A stretch of 63,752 bases of DNA, filler included, from Hausera hauseri (taxonomy: Eukaryota), in NCBI GenBank assembly GCA_046269625.1. It is 11 parts of 11 records of this genome, joined end to end, with 100 filler letters (N's around TTAATTAATTAA, not from the genome) between each part and the next. Parts side by side here need not be neighbours in the genome. Positions count along the whole stretch, not along the records: positions 1 to 4,818 come from JBJURY010425252.1; positions 4,919 to 11,008 come from JBJURY010142205.1; 9 more parts are not named here. One strand, given 5' to 3'. Position numbers and translations under genes: made by a program. Of this stretch, positions 1-10,000 are shown in pieces. Positions within the stretch are counted from its first letter, which is position 1. The number at the start of each line of letters is the position of its first letter. A model generated the notes under the pieces. The model did no database searches. It saw only the letters and a list, made by a program, of their open reading frames with translations, and had not been told where the DNA came from.

Positions 1-554
1 TAAATAAATTATACCGATTTACGAAAACAAACATACATATTTCAAATGCACACAAATGTGATTAAATACTGTCAATCAACTTTTTAATTACAATACAAAG
101 CGAAGCCGAAAATACAAGTCAATGAAGAAATTAATCCGCTTTCGTTGTTGTTTTCGTCTCATTTCATCCTCGATACGTTTTGCAAAAAGAGATCTGACTA
201 GTAATTCAATACATTCTCGCCTGCTCATTATTCGGGTTTTGCGAGCTCACAAACTTGAACATCAAACACACGTCCTGTTATTATGTCATCGGTCAATTTC
301 TGAATCTCACTTTCAATATACTGTTTCATTTGATCTGTAGTAGTAGTATGGGAAATAAATGTGTATAACCGAGTAAGGCAATTTTTCATAGTTTATTTTA
401 TTTATAATTTTAATCCATTTCAAATGTTATTTAATTTATTTTGCATTTAGAAATGTTCGCAATATCCCATGTACTGCGTTTCTCGCATACATGAGTCGGA
501 TCACTTCCATTAACAGATGGCGAAATATTACAACGCTGGAGGAAAGACATGTAG

Positions 555-3500
555 TTGTGTCCGTACCCCGATTTTTATGAAATGCACAAGCATCATCTTG
601 GTCAGTTTACTAAATCTAAGATGATGAATGTGCATTGCCCCGTATACCCACTGAACTGTAATAGTAAAAGTGTATGATGTTGATGCCTGCCATAGTATAA
701 TGGAGTAATACTACGACGTCAAAACTATGCACGGTAAACGGGCCTGTTTATCCTGGTTGTTCTATAGTTGAAGCGCAAATCAACTACGAAAAATTTTATA
801 TCCAACACAAGGACCACTTGAACCAATTTCAGCGGTCCAAAAAGCAAGTAGTAATGGTCGCAACAAACAGGAACAGCAGCAGCAGCAGTATTCTCGCAAC
901 CAGCATCCACGAGTCTTGATGAATATATACAAAACAGAAAACAGCAGCAGCATCAGGAACAACAACAACAACCTACGAGCCTTTCATTACTGTCAAATAC
1001 GATATAAACAAATCGTATATGAACATAAAAGTTGACATGACACCACAAATGTCAGTACAATTAAAGCATGTACCGCCCAGTGTACACAACCCGTTGGAAT
1101 CAGAAGTGAAGAAATTCCAATACAACTGCAAAGTGCAGTATTATGCACTGACAGAATTTGAAAATTTGGAAGGTGACAGAAAACAATGGTACCTGTCACA
1201 TCGAGCCAAACCGCATTCCGACGATTTTATTGCCGACGTAGGCGAAAAGCTCGACGAAAGATTCGCCAACTATACGGAAAAGGGTAGTGGCTGGCGAATT
1301 GTAAAAATTGTCACTCTCGGCTTTATCATAACCAAGTCGAGTTATATAATTTACTTGCACCGGCGATCATTCATACCGACACCTGCAGTCTCTGCCGGTA
1401 GTGAATGTAAAAAATACTGAAGACGACTACTGCTTTATTTACATTATTCTGGCCGTATTAAAATATGACGAAGTGGACAGACAGTGAATCTCGTCCTAAT
1501 CAGTATCGGCAGTATTTTTCCAAATTAAACTTTGATGAAAGCTGGATGCCGATGAAACTAAAAACCATTCGAACGTTTGAACGACGTAACCGGTACAACA
1601 CAATCGTAGAAAAATCGACAGATGAAGAGATTTACAAGAACCCCAATGTGGACATAATCTATAGAAGTCGGAACCCAAATGGACGCCCAATAAATTTGTT
1701 GCTGTTAGAGCAAAAGAAAACATTTTATTATGCGGTCGTGACAAATTTGGATAGACTGTTGAACATGGAACATGACGAGTTCATCAAAAAGAGTATACGG
1801 TGTAAATGGTGTCCTCTATGCCTGCATGGATTCAGGTCGGAAACATGGGAGAAACATGTGGCTCTATGAAGACAAAATTCCTCGGGAACAATGTAAGTCA
1901 TGCCCGTCAAAAAGGAGCTGAGATTCAGTGACTGGTCAAAATCCGACAGTCCGTCATACGTTGTATATTCAGATATTGAAGCCATTTTACCACTGCACAA
2001 TGTATAAGATCAAAAACATTGCAATAGCTGTCAGTTTGTTGGTAGTCCCAATAAAAGCCACTGATCAACCACAGTATTATGTTTTCCACGGATAGAACTG
2101 AATCCGTGATTTCCTGCATCAGTTGGAAACAATAGTAGAAACGGAAGTCGCATCCTGGTACAATAATAATAACAATAAACCCTTGATGTGGACAGATGAA
2201 TATGAACCGTCGATGTTTGCAGCCATCGATAAATGTTACTTGTGCCACAAAATATTATCGTTTAATGAACTGGAACGGCTCGTACCGGATCACGATCATT
2301 TTAACGGTCGATATCTCGGAGCCGCATGCAATTCATGCAATTTGGCAAAGCGTGTGCGACCATTCCTACCAGTGATCTTTCATAACTTCAAGGTTTATAA
2401 TTGTCACAATATTTTGAAATGGGCAATAAGCGGATTTCCGCACTGGGAACTATCCGTAACTCCGACTACGATGGCAAAATACGTGTCACTGTTTGCTCGT
2501 ATAAACCGGTTCCAGATACGCTTCCTCCTTTCATTGAAATTTCTCAGTGAATCTCTGGCAAAGCTGGTAAATGCCTTGCCAGATGTGACACTAACATTGA
2601 CTCAGTTCCCTGTACATATTGCGCGTAACAAAGGCATATTTCCGTATGACTTTGCGATGTCGAACGAGCGGCTCCAGACGACATATGAATTACTACCGCA
2701 ATGGCCCGGTATCACAAAAGAATATCACAGAGTACAGTCGTTTTTGGCAGAGCTCGGCTGCAGAAACCTGTTGGAGTACATGCTTCACTATCTGAAATTA
2801 AATGCGTACTTATTAGCCGATGTGTTTCAGACATTTCAAGCTAAAGCGTTGGCAGAAGATAGACTGGAGTCACTCAACTTTTACAAAATACCCGGAATGA
2901 GTTGGGCATCAGCTGTGATGTCACTGGATCGGGATATCGAGCTATTGCAAGACCCGGAAATGTAGCGAATATTTGATGTTGCTATTCGTGTCGGCATGAC
3001 ATTTGTCAACAAATATCACGCAACCAGTGATGATACCACATCACTGTTGTATATTGACATTAATAACCTGTAGGGCTGGGTGCTTTTACAGCGCTTACCG
3101 TATGGTTCATTCGAATGGATAGTCGACAAACAGGACCTGGACGACATAATGGAAAATCTGCCGAGAGCAGATACAACAGAAAACAGCTCAGATACCTAAT
3201 GGAAGTTGATCTCGTGATACCAGATGAGCTACATGACTTTCTGGATGAACTATCGGTCGCACCAATTAGCCAATGTCCTCCGGGCTCGAAGGTAAAAAAG
3301 CTGCTTATGACACGTGAACCTAAACAAAATTACATAGTTTATTGGCATCTGTTGCAATTTTACATGCAGTTGGGTATACGCGTCACATAGCTGCATCGCG
3401 CAATCCGATTCGCACAGGCTCCAATATTCAAGACGTATATCAGTCGGAATTCGGGAAAACGAGTTGCAGCTTGTATGAAATTTGAAAAAAACTATTACAA

Positions 3501-4258
3501 ACCGAAAAACAATTCCATCTACGGAAAAACAGTAAAGAATCTGAAAAGGAGGCTCAATGTGCGTCTGTGCAATAGCAAAAAGTGGTTAGTCACATAGACC
3601 AGCAAGACGCAGTTCATGCGGTCAATGCACATTGTCGATAGATTGGTTGCCGTGCTTTTAAACAGGGAATAAGTCGAACTGGGCCGACAAAGTTATATAG
3701 GGCAAGTGGTATTAAATCTGAGCAAGTTGCGTGATTTGGCACGATACCGGCAAATGTTCAGCGGATGCAAGATCAATAATTGCCAGTGACACAGATAGCT
3801 TTTTCTTGGAACTGGAAAACGTCAATCGCGAACAGCTACTGCGGCAAATGACAGACGGATTACTGGACACGTACAATTACCCACAGAATCATCCATTGTA
3901 CGGCAACGCCATCACAAACAAAATCGGCTGCTTCAAGGATGAAAGTGAAGGTAGGCTTCAGTATCTGGAATGGAGATTTCTACGACAAAAATGTTATAGC
4001 TTTTAACTGAGTGTGGACCAAAAATGTGTGCAAAAGGGGTACAGTTGGCCTAGACGGAAATAAACCACGGTGATTATCGCAGTATCAATGAGGTAGGCGG
4101 AAGACAAAGGTTGTTGTGTCTCAAACGATTATCCGATCAATTGAGCACCAGTTGTATACATGACAAATACAAAAGTCGCTTTATCATGCAATGATGATAA
4201 GCGTAAGTGGGTGGGGCGAAATAAGAGTTTGGCGTACGGACATCGGCATTTGAAATAA
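555..4258 (+). pseudogene. polB: Polinton/Maverick (adintovirus-like) protein-primed family B DNA polymerase, broken by stops and frameshifts
   Basis: Motifs in canonical order across the ORF fragments: EKGSGWRI..SFIPTP; CYLC...DHDHFNGRYLGAACNSCNL (endonuclease VII-like); VIFHNF; KGIFPYD; YLKLNAYLLADVF; PGMSW; LYIDINNL*G (motif A); KPKNNSIYGKT (motif B); SDTDSF (motif C); IGCFKDE; C-terminal LAYGH. The 5' boundary is approximate. Confidence 0.93.
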
Positions 4259-4499
4259 AACACACATGAATTCGGTGCTGATGATACATAGAGATCAAAC
4301 TGACCCATTTACTGTGACAATTCATTGTGATCTGTGCTTTGTATAAATTCATGTATATTGTTCATTGTTTCCACCTTTTGTTTTATTATCATTTACTTTA
4401 TTTATATACATTTATATATTTAAGTTAATGTGATGAGAAGCAATATAAAAAACAAAATCAATAAAATTTATTAATTATAAGCTAAAATTAAAAACAAAG

Positions 4500-4818
4500 T
4501 CAAATCAGCCTAAACTTTCCCAGCTTCCATATTAGTGAAATAACGCCGTGCAGATGCTTGTATCCTTTCACCTTCAATGTCAGATGGCCTTTAGCACCTG
4601 GTGGCAAAACTACTGCTGCTGCAGTTTCTGTTTCTCCGCCATGTGAACTGACAATTGTTGCCATCTTTCTTTTGAGAAAAATCGTCGATGTATCTCGGAT
4701 ATTGTTACTCAACACCAAATCACTGTCAACTTTTCTAATTGTGTCTTCCATTGTATCCAAATCATCGTCGCTGATCTTTTTCACCAATAGACCATATTTC
4801 ACCGGTTTGATTTTGACC
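4500..4818 (-). CDS. Small Polinton-associated ORF convergent on polB, 5'-truncated by the contig end; function unknown
   Basis: Open frame of about 100 codons running off the contig edge. An AT-rich gap with AATAAA separates it from polB. Confidence 0.45.
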
Positions 4819-4918
4819 NNNNNNNNNNNNNNNNNNNNNNNNNNNNNNNNNNNNNNNNNNNNTTAATTAATTAANNNNNNNNNNNNNNNNNNNNNNNNNN
4901 NNNNNNNNNNNNNNNNNN
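4819..4918. other. Artificial contig-joining spacer (N44-TTAATTAATTAA-N44); identical spacers at 11009-11108, 16345-16444, 26031-26130, 34344-34443, 39155-39254, 44306-44405, 49250-49349, 54957-55056, 59269-59368
   Basis: Ten identical 100-nt N runs, each with a six-frame stop linker. Neighbouring segments are not biologically adjacent. Confidence 0.98.
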
Positions 4919-5029
4919 TTATTTTGATTCACTAAAATATTTATGTGATTTCTCATTTGATTAATAATTGGTTTATTGTCCACTGTCGGAATACAGAGTA
5001 TAAAATTTTTCCACTGCTAAACACATTGA

Positions 5030-5239
5030 CACAAGGTAGGCGAAACGATGTACGCCTCAGTGCAGGAAACAGTTCGGGTTCATACTTACATTCAGTGGCC
5101 ATTGCTAATGTACCTATCTGTGGCATCTACATTTATAAACAATGTTGAAGTGAATATCCGATATGACTCGGGCTACTTTATTGAATTTCCGTACGGTTCC
5201 ACAACCAGTCTAATTTTTCATTTTCGTCGAATCAAATAA
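5030..5239 (+). pseudogene. C-terminal fragment of Polinton minor capsid (penton) protein
   Basis: PLLMYLSVASTFINNVEVNIRYDSGYFIEFPYGSTTSLIFHFRR matches the Polinton penton C-terminus (P.Y..V....I..I.I.I.D..G..I.F..G.....LHFR). It lies directly upstream of the core and capsid genes. Confidence 0.72.
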
Positions 5240-5240
5240 C

Positions 5241-5558
5241 ATGATTGATTCTGAAATCGTTTTCATTTACAGTAAACCCCAGCAAGGCAACGAACTGCCA
5301 TATTTCGTTGGTAAACAATATGGCTTTGGATGATTGCGTACATTGGCACGTTTAGCATTTTCAGTGTTGAAACGTATTGGAGCCGTGACAGCAAAAACAG
5401 CACAGGATGCACTATATGAAAACAAATCGATTTTACCATCACTGAAGGAACACGCCCTGTCCAAAATAAAAAGCGCTTCACCGGGAGTCGTTGAATCAGT
5501 CACAAAACAATTCGCTCGTAGTGGTTTGAAAAAACGTCGTAGAGCATCATCCAGCTAA
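5241..5558 (+). pseudogene. Polinton/adintovirus basic core-like protein with one in-frame TGA
   Basis: ATG at 5241 gives MIDSEIVFIYSKPQQGNELPYFVGKQYGFG*LRTLARLAFSVLKRIG...GLKKRRR: QxG/GxG motifs, an amphipathic helix and a basic tail, located between penton and major capsid. Confidence 0.65.
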
Positions 5559-5589
5559 TCAACTATAAACAAACGTCGTCGTACGATTT

Positions 5590-7063
5590 TTGATTGGTAG
5601 AAAAATAGCACCTGCAAAATTTGAATTGTGTATATTTGACAAAGGCGCACCACAAGTTGTTACTGACAATGTGGCATTTGAAGAAATCTATCCCATTGAT
5701 TCTTTTTCAACGGATGATAATATTGACATTCAATTCAACATCATAGCATCGGACAATGAGTATCTCGATTTGAACGATATGCTACTCCATGTAAAATTCA
5801 TTGCTGAAAGGGATGCATCAATGGTTTTCGCTTTAACAGACACTGTCACACCGGCCAATTACCCTTGCTTCACTGTAAGTAGATCGCGTCTCTACCATTC
5901 CGATCTCAACATCACTTGATGATTGTAAGATTGAATTATCCATAAGATATTTATAATAAAAGTTTTATATAACAATTATCTTCTTCACTTATTAAATGAG
6001 TCTGTTTTTCCTTCTTTCCCGAATTTCCCGACTTTCTATTGACTATTTATTGAATTAACTTTGAATTGAATTTAAACATTAATATCCGTTTAAATTCCTG
6101 CTTACACCCACACTGTTCCAGAAGACTTCACTGACTCTAAAGAGCGTCAAAATCAAAGGCAACACCAGCACTCATTGAAACGACTCTGAATTACAGTACT
6201 GATACGAAAACGACTCATTTGACGAAAACCATCGGATAAGGTGCCACTGCAGCAAACCGTCAGGCATGGGTGTAAGAATCAAAAGCACTTGCAATGTGTA
6301 GACCGCAGTACTTTTACTTTTTCGATCAGCCGAAATACCTACTGCCCGGTGTTGAAGCCATGATTCGGTTCAAACGAAGCAGTAGTGTCTTTTGTTTGAA
6401 AACCGTAGTTGCAAATCTCAAACCCATACTGAAAATTACCGAGGCACAATTATATGTACGTCGTTTAAAGATAGAACCATCTGTACTCATGGAACATGGA
6501 TTGGGCTTGGAAACACAAAATGCCTGTTATACATTACAACGCAGAAAACTCGTCTTTTTCATCACACCCAAATGTTCAACTACGTTTTACAAAGATGCAC
6601 TGTTTGGCGACATGCAATTGCCGAAATTAATGCTTGTTACATTTCAAACGACTGCGCAACAAACGGGCAGTTATACCACCGGTTCGGGAACGTTTACCCA
6701 TAGCAATATGAATTACCTCAGTTTGGGTTGGAATGCGGATTTCGTTGAGACGTACAAACAAGACTTTGAGTCTAATGATTATGGTTGCACATAAATGCAA
6801 CCAATCGTGTGCAACGTGGGTTTGCTGAACAAAAACATTAACAGTGGCATATCGATGGATTTGTTCAAGTCCACCTACCCATTCTACACATTTGTCCTGG
6901 CTTTAGATTATGACGTTAAACAGATTCATACATACCTCAGCAGGGAAACCTACGACTGGAGGTTCACTTTGCCAAAGCGTTGGAACAGTCTACCGTAATG
7001 TATATTTATGGTGTATTTGATGCCGAGGTGGAAATAAAGAAAAATGGAACCGTCATTGTATAA
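5590..7063 (+). pseudogene. Polinton/adintovirus double jelly-roll major capsid protein, decayed and interrupted by a solo LTR
   Basis: ELCIF...PQ...EEIYPI...IQFNI....EYLDLNDMLLHVK; LHTLFQ after the insertion; FFDQPKYLLPGV..IRFKRS; LYVRRLK; LFG..LPKLMLVTF; C-terminal YGVFDAEVEI. All are typical of Maverick MCP. Confidence 0.85.
5874..6106. mobile_element. Solo LTR (about 233 bp) inserted in the capsid gene
   Basis: Inverted termini TGTAAGTAG...CTGCTTACA, with imperfect 5-bp flanks TTCAC/CCCAC. Capsid-like coding resumes immediately after it. Confidence 0.65.
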
Positions 7064-7182
7064 ATAAAATCTGTTGTGTCTCACCGTCATACTATGAAGT
7101 AATTTATTACTATTACTATTATACTTAAATCACATTTTTCACATTTAGCTCCACCGAGCTCAGTCACTACGGAAAACTGCTC

Positions 7183-7497
7183 TTGGGCGTGAAATTTCGT
7201 GGCGTGTTTCCACTGGACTGTGTGCTGTGTGATTTACAAACTGGTAGCTTTATTGTCAATACACAAACTTCATCGTTGCCGGCCGAACATCGAATTGCTG
7301 TGTACGTCCATCCGACCAACGTCGTGAGAGTATTCGATCCGCTCGGATTTTCCTATCCGTCATCGTTAGTTTATCAAATTGAACGGCAGTCATCATCATA
7401 CTGTGTTGAATATAATACAGTTCATTATCAACATCCAATTACTATACTGTGTGGACATTACTACTTATTGTGGCTAACATTGCAATCACTTTTGTGA
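7183..7497 (+). CDS. Adenain-like (C5/Ulp1-fold) maturation cysteine protease of Polinton/adintovirus
   Basis: FRGVFPLD, IVNT..S.LPAEH (catalytic His), FDPLG (Asp), YQ......CGHY (Gln/Cys), downstream of MCP. The start codon is uncertain. Confidence 0.88.
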   Translation: MGVKFRGVFPLDCVLCDLQTGSFIVNTQTSSLPAEHRIAVYVHPTNVVRVFDPLGFSYPSSLVYQIERQSSSYCVEYNTVHYQHPITILCGHYYLLWLTLQSLL

Positions 7498-9847
7498 AAT
7501 GTATGTATTATTTTATTGCTGTTATTTTGTGTACCAAAGAGCGAACAAATCATGAGAAATAATATGATGTCACAATCTTTCTCCTTGTGATTAGTAGTAC
7601 TCAATTATGAGTGTCATACAAAATAAAATTCACACGACTTTTTACAAAACGAACGAACGAACACATTTACAGCATTGATGATGGTAATGATTTTTAGCCT
7701 CATCCAGCTCTATCGATTTCCGCCGGTGACTTGTGGTTCCGGCTGGGGGGTCTACGATCGCAAAACATGAAATGCTCAGAATTGCGAGATAGGTGAGGAA
7801 AACGGGTTTCCAGCTCTATCTGAGCACTTTTTGAGAAGTGGTTAGGAGAGGATACTTCTAGATTATTTTGACTTTAACATTGCGCTTTGTTGGTTGGTTT
7901 GTTCGTTCGTTCGTTCATTTGATTTCATTTTTCACTCCAATCCATTGGTCTGATCGTGAGGCGGCTGGAATATGAAAATTTTCCCAGCTTATGGGCAGTG
8001 TAGTAGACCAATTTCTATCAGCGACAGACTTGAACATGAATAAATTTTACCTCCTTGAAATTTTACCATCGGTTTTTCCACATGTTCCCATGGTCTGACC
8101 GACTTGCAACAGTGTTCGTTGCAATCGCCAATATCGATTTACCCCTTGTACACATTTACTCAATGCTAACAACATGTTTCGCGTTACACGTGGAGCATTT
8201 CCTGTTTTGCTTTCTCTTCTAGCGCCTCTCCCGTACATTTCGGTCAGCCGAACCTCTGTTAACTTTTGCTCACCTCGTCACGCGCTATCAATATCACCTT
8301 GTCCGAACCTCTTTGCTAGACCTCATTTTCTGGGCGGGGTCGTGAGAAAATTTTAGTTAAATGTTAAGAATAGCCGCTCAGGTGGGGAAAACTGGTCGGC
8401 GGACTAATCAGAGAAGTGTGGTGGAGAGTTCACTTCTATTTACTTGTGTGACAACCAATCATAACGCGCCGCGACTCCAGTGGCGCGGAAAACAAAATTG
8501 AAATGTCACCAGATCCTGATTGGCCACAAACACAAATTAGTAAAACATGTATAAGGAGCGTAATTATAATTATTATATCTGCTTTTGCTGTCCAATATTC
8601 CAAGGTAATTAGTGTATTTATGTTATATTATTAAGTGCATTTAATTTTATTACTGTTGATAAGATATGCTTTCAATTTCAGAGAACAGTAGTAACCATTG
8701 TAGTTAAATTCTGTTCTAGTATAACTAATTTTCATATTATAAATCAATATCATGAAATTGAGCAATCAATTACCCCGTGAATACAAGGTAAGCACATCAT
8801 TGCTAAACTTGTTACCAACCATGTATACTTCAACTGATTTATTACACATTACTTTTAAAAGTCCGTCTAGCAGTAAGGTTCTGTTCCTTGTTAGTCGGAA
8901 CACAATCGAAATCGGTCACAATAACTGCACTCGTTCTTCGAGTGTTAACCAATTATTTATTTTTTATTTTATGCTACCCGTTTTTGCCTAAAATCCATAA
9001 TAATAATACGAACAACAAAAATATTTTAACATGTTTTCAATTAAATGTAACATTTTCAAATTGTAATATCAAAAAAATATTTTGTTGCCGATTATGGTGA
9101 TGTATCATGGATTGTGTAGCATAAACATCTAACTATCTTGTGTTCAACTGGTTAGTGTACAAGTCTAAAGTTGCAGCGCCAAATCTGTGCTGTCATTTAT
9201 TGTTATTTCGTTTTTATTCTTTGTGTAATTAGTTTTATTCGGTTATATCAAACTGTACACAACAAAGGAATTTTTATAAGTACACAATTTACTTTATGAT
9301 TTCATAAGATGTGTTAATAGTTATGATATATGAAAATCTAACTAAAAATGAGGACCACTGGTTATATTCCATTCGATTATGTGACGAAAGGATTTTTGAG
9401 ACCCGGAAAAAGGTTTAGATGTTCTAATTTTATTTACACTCAGGGTTATGAATATTGTTAAATTTGGGATTTTATTGAGTGATTAAACAGTTGGAAGGTC
9501 GGGCTAGTCTTAGCCTTATAGTGAGTTCAATATCAGAGTTGCTATTTCGTATATAAGAGTCAGCGAGATTATTATCGAGAATCGATTTATCTGTGTATCA
9601 CTAATGTCGAGACGGCAATACGGGTGCGAAACACAAATTCTATCTCTCGTTTCTATTATTCAATACGTTACTTGGGGTCAATGATTTTAGTGAGTCGTCA
9701 AGAATCGACTTGACAACCCGTCTTCAGGTAATATCACCAGGATAAGGCCTGAGATTCAGAGATTTTATTTACTCAAATTCTAAACGTAATCTGACAGTGG
9801 GGACTATTCAACTTTATGAACTAAAAACTAAATTGAGAATCAGAATT

Positions 9848-10000
9848 TGGCAGGTAGTGCTACCAGAGCAGAACCTTTATCGTGAAAGTTTATTTCAAAT
9901 TTTAGCAGGTAATGCCACTAGGACAAAACCTTTGTCAGGAAAGTTTATTTCGAATATTGGCAGGTAATGCCACTAGGACAAAACCTTTGTTGTGAAAGTC
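9848..10000 (+). repeat. Three tandem copies of a unit of about 55 bp
   Basis: GCAGGTAATGCCACTAGGACAAAACCTTTGT..GAAAGT recurs at about 9850, 9905 and 9960. Confidence 0.8.

Noticed and set aside
337-347. AGTAGTAGT as a Polinton terminus
   Set aside because: It is too short, and no matching opposite TIR or 6-bp target duplication is available to confirm it.
2965-4006. Alternative genetic code or programmed readthrough in polB
   Set aside because: The stops are of all three types and are mixed with frameshifts and damaged catalytic motifs, which fits ordinary decay.
4819-4918. Apparent continuity between polB (contig 1) and the capsid block (contig 2), and ORFs running into X residues
   Set aside because: The spacer is artificial, so linkage across it cannot be claimed even though both pieces are Polinton-like.
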